A DNA stretch of 64,000 nucleotides from an uncultured Chromatiales bacterium (GTDB lineage Bacteria; Bacteroidota; Ignavibacteria; SZUA-365): assembly GCA_964371045.1 (NCBI GenBank), contig CAYJMN010000003.1, positions 1,459 to 65,458 of the forward strand. The letters run 5' to 3'. How positions within the stretch are numbered: the stretch's first letter is position 1; each line of letters begins with the position of its first letter. Positions 9,499 through 19,306 of this stretch are shown piece after piece. Both the position numbers and the translations under genes were made by a program. The notes below the pieces were generated by a model. That model was given only the letters and a program-made list of their open reading frames with translations, was not told the origin of the DNA and searched no databases.

Positions 9499-9881
9499 GG
9501 GTGCGAACACCGGTGTGCTTGTGACGGGCGATACTCTGCTTTGCGCACTGCGCGACCTGACATCAACTGGCACCCGCTCGTGACGCTGAACCTTGGAACG
9601 GCGAGAATACCATGAGCCCGCTGCCCCAACTGGTCGAGCGTGCGGACCGCCTGGGGGGCCGATTCCCGCTGCACGGCGGAATGCGCATCCATTTCACACC
9701 CTCGTGTGGCCGAACGGCGCAGACTTGGCCCCGGAGTTTCTCTTTAACAAATGTCGGATCGCCGCCTCACCCGCTTGTCGAGCCGACACGGTCTAAGGAT
9801 AATCTTCAACCCCAGGTTCTGTCCGCGAGCGGCTTGTGCGCGGGACGTCAGACTGACCAACAATAACGAGGAGTGACGTAG

Positions 9882-10196
9882 GTGGCTCTAATTACCGACC
9901 TTCGACATTTTCTGGATGAGCACGGTGCCATCCCCGACGAGATCACAGCGCCAGCGCTGAAAATCGCCCTGTTTCTGGGTTCTATCACCGGCTGGGTGAC
10001 GATTAACCCTACTCCGCGTTTCAAGGAAACCAACGTTCCATGCCGCTTTAGTCCTGGACGCAGACGGTGCCCCGGGAGGGTCTTCGCCCGTTTCGAGGTA
10101 GATGGCACTACGATTGCTTGGGAATGCCCTATTTGTGGCGATAATGGTTTAGTCCACGGTTGGGAAGGTACGATGTGGGATCGTAGTAAGGAATAA
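9882..10196 (+). CDS. hypothetical zinc-ribbon-like protein
   Basis: GTG start with gaggag RBS 8 nt upstream. Four Cys in C..C...C..C arrangement (PCRF..RRCPG...ECPICG). Confidence 0.4.
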   Translation: MALITDLRHFLDEHGAIPDEITAPALKIALFLGSITGWVTINPTPRFKETNVPCRFSPGRRRCPGRVFARFEVDGTTIAWECPICGDNGLVHGWEGTMWDRSKE

Positions 10197-10337
10197 CGAT
10201 CCAGCGGTTGCCGACGGCCCATACAAGCTCTTGCAGGCGGACGCGAAGCAAGGATGGTGACAGAATCGAAAAGAATACTCGGCGCCGATAAAGCGCCGGA
10301 CGTTTGACCTCCTAATAGCGAAAGGTACTCTTACATC

Positions 10338-10886
10338 ATGCGACCACTTCGGTATTCCATCAACGTCACACTGGACGGGTGCTGCGATCATCGCGCGGGC
10401 GTCCCCGACGAAGAATTGCATCGTCACGCGGTAGAGAACCTCAACCGGGCCGATGCCCTGCTCTTTGGCCGGGTGACGTACGAAATGATGGAGGCGGCGT
10501 TTCGGTCGCCTGAGCGGACGGGAACGATGCCCGATTGGATGGAACCCTTCGCCCGGACCATCGACGCGGCAAAAAAGTACGTTGTGTCGAGCACCCTGGA
10601 GCGAGTCGATTGGAACGCGGAGCTCTTACGCGGAGATCTGGAAAAGGCCGTTCAGCAGCTAAAACGAGAGCCGGGTAAGGGGCTGTTCATAGGTGGCGTG
10701 AAGCTCCCGCTTGCGTTGGCGGAGATGGATTTGATCGATGAGTACGAATTCGTGGTGCAGCCAATGATAGCGGGCCATGGCCCGACCTTGTTCGCGGGGC
10801 TATCGAAGCGCATCGACTTGAAGCTCGTGAGCCGACTGGAGTTCGCCTCGGGTGCGGTGGCGATGCGGTATGAGCCGAGGAGGTAG
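10338..10886 (+). CDS. dihydrofolate reductase family protein (RibD C-terminal domain-like)
   Basis: 182 aa. MRPLRYSINVTLDGCCDH...LLFGRVTYEMM...LFIGGVKLPLALAEMDLIDEYEFVVQPMIAGHGPTLF is typical of the YwjB/RibD_C family. Confidence 0.8.
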   Translation: MRPLRYSINVTLDGCCDHRAGVPDEELHRHAVENLNRADALLFGRVTYEMMEAAFRSPERTGTMPDWMEPFARTIDAAKKYVVSSTLERVDWNAELLRGDLEKAVQQLKREPGKGLFIGGVKLPLALAEMDLIDEYEFVVQPMIAGHGPTLFAGLSKRIDLKLVSRLEFASGAVAMRYEPRR

Positions 10887-11004
10887 CGGATCGGCCTCGT
10901 GACGCCGACGCCGGGGCCCGACCAACCCGCCGCAGCGGGTTAAGCGGCACAGAGACACTTGACAAGCTAGGGGGCTCCGTATAGGTTGATCATATACAGA
11001 CTTC

Positions 11005-11319
11005 ATGCAAATTCCAGAACATATCGAAGGTTTTCAGTGGGACCAGGCGAACAAGGAGAAACACAGGACCGGACGCAACGTCGCGTGGCAGGAATGCGAG
11101 GAGGTCTTCTTCAATGTACCGCTCTATACGTATCCAGACCTCAAGCACTCTGAGAAAGAATCTCGGCATGGAGCTCTTGGTCAGACGAACACCGGCAGAC
11201 TGCTGTTCGTCGTCTTCACGGCCCGGGGAACGGTGGTGCGGGTCATCTACGCACGGGATATGAATAAAAAGGAGCGCGAGGTGTACCATGAAAAAGCTCA
11301 AAAAGATTCCAACGTTTAG
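11005..11319 (+). CDS. brnT: BrnT toxin (DUF497 ribonuclease)
   Basis: 104 aa, intact. FQWDQANKEKHRTGRNVAWQECEEVF ... HSEKESRHGALGQTNTGRLLFVVFTARGTVVRVIYARDMNKKEREVY. Confidence 0.85.
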   Translation: MQIPEHIEGFQWDQANKEKHRTGRNVAWQECEEVFFNVPLYTYPDLKHSEKESRHGALGQTNTGRLLFVVFTARGTVVRVIYARDMNKKEREVYHEKAQKDSNV

Positions 11320-11581
11320 GACCGAGGACGAAGAACGAGAATTCTGGGCAACCCACGATTCGACCGAATATATGGACTGGTCGAAGGCGAAACCCACGCT
11401 TTTCTCGAATCTGAAACCGTCGAGCCGAACGATTTCGATTCGACTGCCGGAGTCCTTGCTCGAACACATTAAGCTCCTCGCAAACCAACGGGACGTACCC
11501 TACCAGTCGCTCTTGAAGATTCTGCTGGCGGAGAAGGTTCAGGAGACACTGCAGTCCGGTAAGCGGAAAAGCGTTGCTTGA
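11288..11581 (+). CDS. brnA: BrnA antitoxin (CopG-like)
   Basis: 97 aa. Overlaps brnT by 32 nt. EDEEREFWATHDSTEY...ISIRLPESLLEHIKLLANQRDVPYQSLLKILLAEKVQ. Confidence 0.8.
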   Translation: MKKLKKIPTFRTEDEEREFWATHDSTEYMDWSKAKPTLFSNLKPSSRTISIRLPESLLEHIKLLANQRDVPYQSLLKILLAEKVQETLQSGKRKSVA

Positions 11582-11698
11582 CCATTCTGATATGGAGTCA
11601 AAGACTTTTTGATCCGTGCACATCCGCATTCATCCGTGCCAATCCGCGTACGTATTCACACGCGGGTCGCGGCAATCAGCTACTCGTTTGCGGACCGC

Positions 11699-11953
11699 TC
11701 AGTTACGATATCGCAACTGAGCGATGAGGACGGCATCGGTCGTGACCTTATAGACGATACGATGCTCCGCTGTTATGCGACGTGACCAATAGCCGTTGAG
11801 CGCGTGGCGAAGTTTTTCCGGTTTGCCTATTCCCTCGAAGGGCGTACGCTGAATCTCCCGAATGAGTGTGTTGATGCGTAACAAGATTTTCTCATCATTT
11901 TTTTGCCAATGGAGGTAATCCTCCCAGGCAGCCGCAGAAAAAATCAAATTCAA
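11699..11953 (-). CDS. yoeB: YoeB toxin
   Basis: 84 aa. MNLIFSAAAWEDYLHWQKNDEKILLRINTLIREIQRTPFEGIGKPEKLRHALNGYWSRRITAEHRIVYKV is the canonical YoeB/Txe sequence. Confidence 0.9.
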   Translation of the reverse strand: MNLIFSAAAWEDYLHWQKNDEKILLRINTLIREIQRTPFEGIGKPEKLRHALNGYWSRRITAEHRIVYKVTTDAVLIAQLRYRN

Positions 11954-12201
11954 TCGATCAACTCCCGCCCGATCCCCTTTCCTTCTTCAAGTTCCAGCAT
12001 CGATGCGAGCAGGCGACGCGCGTTCGCGGGCGAACGCAACAAGTGCACCGTTTCCTCCAACGCCTCGTATTCTTCCAGGGAAAGAACAACGACGCTGTCG
12101 TTGTTGGCGCGTGTGACGATGACCGGCTGATGGTTGCTGCAAACGCCTTCCATTACTTTCGCCAGATTCTGCCGCGCCGCCGTGTATGTTATAGCTTTCA
12201 T
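11950..12201 (-). CDS. yefM: YefM antitoxin
   Basis: ATG at 12201 (cat on + strand). MKAITYTAARQNLAKVMEGVCSNHQPVIVTRANNDSVVVLSLEEYEALEETVHLL. 4-nt overlap with yoeB. Confidence 0.85.
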   Translation of the reverse strand: MKAITYTAARQNLAKVMEGVCSNHQPVIVTRANNDSVVVLSLEEYEALEETVHLLRSPANARRLLASMLELEEGKGIGRELID

Positions 12202-12766
12202 GACAATATCCTGTACATGTACATAATAATGTACGACTGTAATCGGGAAACTCCAACGAGCGTCTTCGAACCGTTGGTGACCCCGGAGGCAACATCGTGA
12301 AACCGTACAAAAGAAGTTGCGGCTGTGAATTCCGGGCAATACGCAGCGAGGGAATTCATTCGACTGAAGTGCAGCCCACGAAGTCCCTCTTTTCGAGCCA
12401 TGCGGCCGACCGCTTTCGCGCTGAAGGAATTGCCTCCCGCCGGGGAGGACCGGATTGTCGAGCTGGTGAAAAAAGGGATGGGCTGAGGTCCGCACGAACG
12501 CTCAATCCACCATCCCCCCACCGCACTTCCTGTGGCTAGCCGACGATTACATCGGTGTGCATCGGTCCGAGCCACGACGGGACATCCCCGCCTGCTTCGG
12601 ATCCGCTAATCCTGTTCTTCATGTCCGGAATTGCATTCCAACTCCGTTCAACATATTTTTACGACTAACCTGTGTTTTTCGTCGTACCCGCTCACATGAA
12701 CCATTAATGACGCACCGAGCCGACGATGGATATCATTCACGTTCGGGGCAAAGGAGTGGAGGAATC

Positions 12767-14917
12767 ATGATCATTCGAATGGGTTTCTGTTGCATTTCGA
12801 TTCTCTTTCTATTTTTCCAGAAAACACCGTGCGAAGCCCAATCCGGCTGGTACTGGCAGAATCCGCTACCGCAGGGAAACATCCTCACCGCTGTTTCCTT
12901 CACCGGAGCGAACACCGGGACGGCGGTAGGCGTTGCCGGCACGATTCTGCGCACCACGAACGGCGGAACGAAGTGGACAATACAAAACTCCGGAACGACA
13001 AACAGTCTGGTTGACGTGTTCTTCACGGATGCGAACACGGGTACCGCAGTCGGCGGAGATGGTACGATCCTCCGCACCACGGATGGCGGAACGCATTGGG
13101 GGAATCTAACCACCGGGACAACGGACGCGCTTTCCGGGGTGTTCTTCACGGATGCGTACACAGGGACCGTTGTCGGCGGCAACGGTACCATCCTCCGCAC
13201 AACCGATGGCGGAGCGACCTGGACTGAACAGCCCTCGGGTTTAATCCTCGCAACTGTGCTCAACTGCGTCTTCTTCACGGACGCTACGACAGGAACGACG
13301 GTCGGAACCGGTGGCACGATCCTCCGGACAACCAACGGAGGGACAACTTGGACAAGCCAGATAAGCGGTACGCAATACGACCTCAGCAGTGTATCCTTCA
13401 CCGATGCGACAACGGGATTCGCAGTCGGAGCGAAAGGGACGATCCTGCGGACAACCAATGGCGGAGCGGATTGGACGATTCAATCCAGCGGGACACTCAC
13501 TGCTCTGGGAGCAATCTGCTTTAGCGATGCCGCTACTGGAACCATCGTTGGATCCGCGGGAACCGTCCTCCGAACGACCGATGGCGGAACGACGTGGACG
13601 AAGCAGTCCAGCGGAACGATGGAGGCACTTCTTGGAGTTTCCTTCGCCGATGCAGCGACCGGATTTTCTGTCGGCACCAACGGTACTATCCTTCGCACGA
13701 CCGATGGCGGAGCCCGTTGGGACGCTCAATCACACATCGTGTCATTGGAATCACTCAATGACGTCACTTTCACCGATACAAATACCGGAACAGCGGTCGG
13801 CGACAACGGCACGATTCTCCGGACGACCGATGCCGGAGCGAATTGGACGGTGCAAGCGAGCGGAACGACTGCGCAGCTCAACGGGGTATCCTTCACCGAC
13901 GCGAACACGGGCCATGCGGTAGGCGGACTCATTTCCGTGGGGAGTCCGGAGGTAATCCTGCGCACCACCGACGGCGGCGCATTGTGGAGCATCACAAACA
14001 TTTCGTTACCGACGGCCACAACCATGTTATCGGATGTTGCTTTCGCCGATGCAAGCAGCGGAATCGTTGTCGGCTTAATAGATTACAGCGGAATGATCCT
14101 GACTACGTCCGACGGTGGGGCGAGTTGGACGAGGCAGGCAATCGGGAGGGTGCCTCCGCTCTACGGCGTGCACTTTACCGACGTCAACACAGGCACCGTG
14201 GTGGGAGAACAAGGCACGATCCTTCACACCAGCGATCGCGGCGCGCATTGGTCACCACAGGCAAGCGGCACAGGAGGAAGAAACCTGTTTGGCATCTGCT
14301 TCGTCGATACCAGCATCGGCATGATCGTAGGCGATGGTGGCACGATACTGCGAACGACCGATGGAGGGTCGGTCTGGAACAGCCAGTCCTCCGGAACCCA
14401 ACGGACACTTTTAGATGTCAGTTTCACCGATGCAAATACAGGAACGGTGGTCGGCGAAGCCGCCACGATCCTCCACACTACCGATGGCGGTGCGAGTTGG
14501 ATCGATCAGTCGCCGCGTGCATGGTATAATTTTTCGGGAGTTACCTTCACCGATGCTACTACAGGAACCGCCGTCGGGATGCACGGAATAATTTTCCGCA
14601 CCACCACCGGCGGCGTGACCTGGGTCGAGGAGCCGAAACCCTCCCCTACCCTCTTCCATCTCGCACAGAACTACCCGAATCCGGTCACCACGAGCACCAA
14701 CATACCCTTCTCCGTCACGAAGCGAGAACACGTGACGCTCGGCGTGTACAACATGCTTGGACGCCGGATAACTGTGCTGGTGGACGAGGAGCGTGAGATG
14801 GGATCGCATGCAGTCCCCTTCGATGCCACGGGGCTTGCTTCAGGGATGTACTTCTATGTGCTCAGGACCGGGAGTGTGGTTGAGACGAAGAAGATGCTTG
14901 TGGTAGGCCCTGAATAA
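12767..14917 (+). CDS. BNR/Ycf48-like repeat protein with T9SS C-terminal sorting domain
   Basis: ATG at 12767 after aaaggagtggagg. Signal peptide MIIRMGFCCISILFLFFQ. About 14 repeats of GTILRTTDGGxTW. C-terminus NYPNPV...GMYFYVLRTGSVVETKKMLVV is a Por/T9SS CTD. Confidence 0.85.
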   Translation: MIIRMGFCCISILFLFFQKTPCEAQSGWYWQNPLPQGNILTAVSFTGANTGTAVGVAGTILRTTNGGTKWTIQNSGTTNSLVDVFFTDANTGTAVGGDGTILRTTDGGTHWGNLTTGTTDALSGVFFTDAYTGTVVGGNGTILRTTDGGATWTEQPSGLILATVLNCVFFTDATTGTTVGTGGTILRTTNGGTTWTSQISGTQYDLSSVSFTDATTGFAVGAKGTILRTTNGGADWTIQSSGTLTALGAICFSDAATGTIVGSAGTVLRTTDGGTTWTKQSSGTMEALLGVSFADAATGFSVGTNGTILRTTDGGARWDAQSHIVSLESLNDVTFTDTNTGTAVGDNGTILRTTDAGANWTVQASGTTAQLNGVSFTDANTGHAVGGLISVGSPEVILRTTDGGALWSITNISLPTATTMLSDVAFADASSGIVVGLIDYSGMILTTSDGGASWTRQAIGRVPPLYGVHFTDVNTGTVVGEQGTILHTSDRGAHWSPQASGTGGRNLFGICFVDTSIGMIVGDGGTILRTTDGGSVWNSQSSGTQRTLLDVSFTDANTGTVVGEAATILHTTDGGASWIDQSPRAWYNFSGVTFTDATTGTAVGMHGIIFRTTTGGVTWVEEPKPSPTLFHLAQNYPNPVTTSTNIPFSVTKREHVTLGVYNMLGRRITVLVDEEREMGSHAVPFDATGLASGMYFYVLRTGSVVETKKMLVVGPE

Positions 14918-14961
14918 CGGTATTCGCCGATGCTCCAAGGCGCTGGAGGAACTGAAAGAAA

Positions 14962-15004
14962 CAGGCCAGCACCCGATTTTGGCAATCAGGTGCTGGCTTG
15001 TTAA
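14962..15004 (+). terminator. rho-independent terminator-like hairpin
   Basis: gccagcacc ... ggtgctggc stem followed by a T-rich stretch, 45 nt after the stop of the BNR gene. Confidence 0.5.
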
Positions 15005-15157
15005 CAAATCGCGATGTTAGGGATCTGGCGAATTCAGCAAAGATTAACTGGTTTTAGCCTCACTTGTGAAAAAATCCCGGCTCAACGTACACATCCGCTT
15101 TTTCGAGTTCGCCAGGCTTCACGATACCCTTTTCATACAGACTCTCTTGCAGATAAC

Positions 15158-15694
15158 TCAGTCGGATTCTGTGTCGAATCCCTCCAGACGCTCAAGAGCC
15201 TCTCGAGGCGTATCCATGAATAGATAAAGATGGTTTAGGTCATCAGCTAAACTGATGAACCCGTGTTTAAGATAAAACTCTCTGGCCAGATCGTTTTTTG
15301 CATGCGCCTCAATGGCGCGGGCCACAATCTGTTCCGACAATGAAATAGCTCTTTCAATTGCGTCCCACAACAACTCACTCCCATAGCCCTTTTCTCGATG
15401 AGAATTTGATACCGCTAATCGACCTATTCGAACCGCTGGAATTGGATGCCGGGGAAGTCCCTTAACCAACTCTTTCTGAAGGTGGATCGTGTTGATCTCC
15501 GCCATAGCGATCGCATAATAACCCAATATCTCCGATTCATCCTCTTTATGGAGCACGTATGTGACGCTCATCCCCAGCGTCATGTGCTTCCTTGCTCTCT
15601 TGTGTAGAAAGTCATTGAGCTCGGGGACGTCACAATCGAAGCCTTTACGATCAAAGTCTGGGGAGAGCTGTGAAATGCAGCGATCAGAGGCCAT
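15158..15694 (-). CDS. GNAT-family acetyltransferase toxin (TacT-like)
   Basis: 178 aa with an acetyl-CoA-binding-like core (RLAVSNSHREKGYGSELLWDAIERA). Overlaps and sits downstream of a DUF1778 antitoxin gene. Confidence 0.75.
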   Translation of the reverse strand: MASDRCISQLSPDFDRKGFDCDVPELNDFLHKRARKHMTLGMSVTYVLHKEDESEILGYYAIAMAEINTIHLQKELVKGLPRHPIPAVRIGRLAVSNSHREKGYGSELLWDAIERAISLSEQIVARAIEAHAKNDLAREFYLKHGFISLADDLNHLYLFMDTPREALERLEGFDTESD

Positions 15695-16007
15695 GGGATG
15701 ATTTAATCTTCTGTCTGTGGCGCCTGGCAGCTTTTAACAATGCCTTGTTCGGCTTTGCGGGATTTTCCAGCATACGCATAAATATTTCAGAATCGGCTAA
15801 TGAAAGCTCAGTAGCCCGATTCTCGCGTAATACACTCTGGGCGACTTTCAGGCTATTCGACAAAACGAAGCTCATAAGGCTTTGCCCCGTGACTGTAGCA
15901 GCCGCCTCGAGCAGAGTTTTTTGTTTCGCGTCAAGACGAAGATCAATTCTACGGTCTTTTGCTGGTTTCTCGTGTTTATCGTCGATTTGAAGGGCTAGTT
16001 CTTCCAT
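15684..16007 (-). CDS. DUF1778 antitoxin (TacA-like)
   Basis: ATG at 16007. MEELALQIDDKHEKPAKDRRIDLRLDAKQKTLLEAAATVTGQSLMSFVLSNSLKVAQSVLRE is typical DUF1778. Confidence 0.8.
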   Translation of the reverse strand: MEELALQIDDKHEKPAKDRRIDLRLDAKQKTLLEAAATVTGQSLMSFVLSNSLKVAQSVLRENRATELSLADSEIFMRMLENPAKPNKALLKAARRHRQKIKSSHGL

Positions 16008-16093
16008 TTCTATGCTCCTATGCGAAATAATCAGATCAACATGCCGCATTGACTACTGAGTGCAGCAACAGATTGTTTTATCGTCCAATCTAT

Positions 16094-16190
16094 ACGGAGC
16101 AATTCCGTAAACTGACAAGAATAAGGACAGGATACGGAAAATATCCGTAATGATTCAGTCTAACGTCAAGAGTACGGCATATTTCCGTAT
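16094..16190. promoter_or_regulatory. three TACGG-N7-CCGTA palindromes at exact 40-bp spacing
   Basis: tacggagcaattccgta (16094-16110), tacggaaaatatccgta (16134-16150) and tacggcatatttccgta (16174-16190). They lie 87-180 bp upstream of the tacA-like start. Confidence 0.5.
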
Positions 16191-16436
16191 AAGTCAAGAG
16201 TCTTTTCTCCCCCCATTTTTTCCGAGCTGAGGCGTGAGTTCCTGAGATGGGCGGAGTGCGGGGAAGCCTTCTCTTGTTTACAATGCAGCTTTCAAGTCAC
16301 CAGCGATCAAGCAGGAACAGATGATTTTGATGCCCGCTTGATGCTCACTTATTGCCAATGTGGATGCCTTATAACTCCTTTCGCCCCTGCCTCTCATCTT
16401 CGTCGATGGGAGTTTGTCCACCAATATATTCGAGTT

Positions 16437-16865
16437 CTAATCCCACAGGTACCTCGGCATCGTACGGACGAGTTCGTCCGCCTTCGAACGAACCGCTCTT
16501 TCGATCCGCTCAGACGAAACCCCCTGCTCCTCAAGTTCCATCGACTTCGATGTTCGGAGGACAATCGTGAGTGCGACCTGTCTCGCTCTCTTCTCGATCA
16601 TCGTATCAAGAGATGCTTCCCTTGGAATGAGGACGTGGACGAGATCCAGATCAAGAGCATTCGCGGCCTGCCGAAGTGATCTCAACGTGATCGATCCGTC
16701 CGCTTCCCGCTCCTCCATCTCCATCACGCTCTGGGGCGATATCTCCAGCCTGGCCCCAAGTTGACGGAGCGACATCCCGAAGGCAGTCCGAAAGGCATTG
16801 AGCCAGCCTCGTTCCGGAACTGCGGATATCAGATCGGAATGTCTATATTGAGCGTAAATGTTCAT
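16437..16865 (-). CDS. mobile mystery protein A (HTH, TIGR02612-like)
   Basis: ATG at 16865. ...GWLNAFRTAFGMSLRQLGARLEISPQSVMEMEEREADGSITLRSLRQAANALDLDLVHVLIPREASLDTMIEKRARQ. No partner mystery protein B (Fic) gene is adjacent. Confidence 0.7.
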   Translation of the reverse strand: MNIYAQYRHSDLISAVPERGWLNAFRTAFGMSLRQLGARLEISPQSVMEMEEREADGSITLRSLRQAANALDLDLVHVLIPREASLDTMIEKRARQVALTIVLRTSKSMELEEQGVSSERIERAVRSKADELVRTMPRYLWD

Positions 16866-17338
16866 GTTACAGCGGACAATCTGATGAGTATTCCCCTGTT
16901 TCTTGTTGAGGTAATGCAAGCTGTATGGCGTGAAGAGACTACTCCTTGACCCCAGGGACATTCGTTTATCCTCGATCAAGCCTTGCATCGTCAGCAAATT
17001 CCAATTATGTTTGCAACAAGCTGGTTTCAAGCCATATTTGACCCATAATTGGACTGAGTTGGCGGAGCTGGGTGCGTTGAAGAAAACGCACGGTCACAGG
17101 TCGATCAATGCAGCCGCTGATGAATTATCAGGAAACGTCAGGTCACGGAAGTTCAATGACCACGGGAATGCCATGATGTCACAGAAACAAGCATGCGGAG
17201 AATTCAATCCCCATCCGATGATCTCTGAAGTCGGCCAGCGTAATCTCCGTCATGTTTGAGAGTGAGGCCGCAATGATTTTACTGGTTCGTCCAATGATAC
17301 AAATCTCAAACCTGTCCCACAAGAATCACTGAAGTGCC

Positions 17339-17401
17339 TTCAGTTCTCCGAATGAACATTTGTGCTGAAAAGCCCGCCCATCGCAAATCTGCAAAACGTT
17401 A
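17339..17401. repeat. 63-bp direct repeat, left copy
   Basis: ttcagttctccgaatgaacatttgtgctgaaaagcccgcccatcgcaaatctgcaaaacgtta. 60/63 identical to 18875-18937. Confidence 0.85.
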
Positions 17402-17424
17402 GCGCCAACCTAAAAATCAATAAC

Positions 17425-18750
17425 ATGAAAAAGCAAATATTACGGATGATCAAAATCACCGCGTTTGTATTTTTCCCCGTATTTTTTTCCCCGTCACTTG
17501 TAGTTTCGCAGACTGCAGATTCTTTTTTCGTAGCTGGCATTCATCCCACAGCATCTCTTCAATCCACAACAACCGGAAAACAAATAATGACCTTATTTTC
17601 ATGGAAAGGAAGACTCTATTCCGGATACGGAGATTATGGCGCAAATACCGGGCCCATAAATATTTATTCTTTTTCGCCGGATTCGTCCACCTTTACATAC
17701 GAAGCACAGGCAAATACCGAAGCAATCTATAATTATCGTGCCATTAACGGAATGTTATATGCTCCTTCTATCGACCGCAAATCATATGCAATTCCTGGGG
17801 ATTATATAAAGGAGGATAGCAACGGACTTTGGACTAATTATAATTTTCTCAGTAATTCAACGCATGTATATGATGCTGCAAGGCTCAATGATACCGTATT
17901 ATTCATGGTAGGCTCGCAGTCTGATAGAGCAGTAGTATGGAAAAGCAGCAATAATGGCCTAACCTGGAAAGTAATTTTAACTGTTTCTGCGATCAGTGGA
18001 AAAACTGGCGACTTTGCAAGATTTTATTTCGCAGGCATGTATAATGGTAATTTATATGTGCAGGCAAGGGATTATTACGGATCACTTCATCTCAACTCAG
18101 AAGTATATAACGGTGTTAACTGGACCAATGGACCTTCGCTATTTCCGTCATCTAATTTGCAGGGTTGGAAACCGGAAGTATTTGCCGGAAAGCTTGTTTA
18201 TAGAAGCTGGGAACCTGGATTGTCTTCTCAACTCATAACTTTTGATGGTACAAATAATATATCTGCAGGATTATATGTACTTGACTGTTTTATTCATTCC
18301 AATTATTATTATGCACTTGTAGATTCGGGTTTTGGCGTAATAAATCTAAGACGAACAACAGACCTTATCAGATGGGAAAATATATTAGCTGTGCCAGCGA
18401 AGAGCCGCAGTCTTGCTATTCTGAATGACAAACTATTTATCGGTACTACTGATTCAAAAATTTTACAATTCACCAAATCCGTTTCTTTATTAACTACTTC
18501 TGTCCCAATTCTGAAACCAGATGAATTCCAGCTAACTTTTTATCCCAATCCGGTAACTGATTTTATTCAGTTGGCCTTTTTTGAATCCCATGATATTTTT
18601 GAAGTTGATATAATAAACATACATGGTGAAATAGTTCTTAAAATAAGAAACGAAAACAAGGTCAATGTTTCAGAATTATCAAGCGGGATGTATTTTCTTA
18701 AAATAAAACAGGGGAATAATTTCATTATGCAAAAATTCATTAAACAATAA
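17425..18750 (+). CDS. secreted propeller-like protein with T9SS C-terminal sorting domain, low-GC origin
   Basis: ATG at 17425 with a signal peptide. BNR-like SSNNGLTWKV. C-terminal FYPNPVTDFIQL...SSGMYFLKIKQGNNFIMQKFIKQ. GC about 33% versus about 60% in the flanks. Confidence 0.8.
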   Translation: MKKQILRMIKITAFVFFPVFFSPSLVVSQTADSFFVAGIHPTASLQSTTTGKQIMTLFSWKGRLYSGYGDYGANTGPINIYSFSPDSSTFTYEAQANTEAIYNYRAINGMLYAPSIDRKSYAIPGDYIKEDSNGLWTNYNFLSNSTHVYDAARLNDTVLFMVGSQSDRAVVWKSSNNGLTWKVILTVSAISGKTGDFARFYFAGMYNGNLYVQARDYYGSLHLNSEVYNGVNWTNGPSLFPSSNLQGWKPEVFAGKLVYRSWEPGLSSQLITFDGTNNISAGLYVLDCFIHSNYYYALVDSGFGVINLRRTTDLIRWENILAVPAKSRSLAILNDKLFIGTTDSKILQFTKSVSLLTTSVPILKPDEFQLTFYPNPVTDFIQLAFFESHDIFEVDIINIHGEIVLKIRNENKVNVSELSSGMYFLKIKQGNNFIMQKFIKQ

Positions 18751-18874
18751 TTGATGCAAAAATAATCTGTGACACAGGCGATATAACATCTCGGGAAGAA
18801 CGGGCTGGCTATAACAGCACATTTGCAATAGGCGGGGTTTCGTTCTCCGCAGACAGTTTTATGGTTAGAGAAAG

Positions 18875-18937
18875 TTCAGTTCTCCGAATGAACATTTATG
18901 CTAAAAAGCCCGCCCATCGCAAATCTGCAAGACGTTA
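18875..18937. repeat. 63-bp direct repeat, right copy
   Basis: Matches 17339-17401 with 3 mismatches. Confidence 0.85.
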
Positions 18938-19009
18938 TGGGTAATCCCCACGGTTCAGGTCAATATGTCCGGTTGCTCTCTCATAAAACGGGGCACTGGA
19001 GTGTAGACC

Positions 19010-19306
19010 ATGAAACAACCAAACCCACGGCGTGAAGAGATTCTGCAGCGTTTGAATCAGCCTGGCGCTCCATCTGTCGGAGTGATATCCGAGGAAACCG
19101 GTACTCCAAAAGCTACATTGTACTATTGGTTGTCACGTCGCGATAATGGCGGCAACCGCTCAATGTCAAGACAGGAAGGAAATCCCGGCATGCGCAAGCG
19201 TAGCAAACCCCGTTCCCCGTCTACAAAACTTCGCCTCGTTTCCGAGAGCATGGAACTCGAAGGGGATGCACTTCGCAGCTGGGCCCACGACGGCATCAAA
19301 GCCTGA
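19010..19306 (+). CDS. transposase-like HTH protein fragment (IS3-OrfA-like?)
   Basis: 98 aa. ATLYYWLSRRDNGG and RLVSESMELEGDALRSW resemble IS-family OrfA HTH/leucine-zipper N-termini. Overlaps a convergent ORF, so the call is weak. Confidence 0.3.
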   Translation: MKQPNPRREEILQRLNQPGAPSVGVISEETGTPKATLYYWLSRRDNGGNRSMSRQEGNPGMRKRSKPRSPSTKLRLVSESMELEGDALRSWAHDGIKA

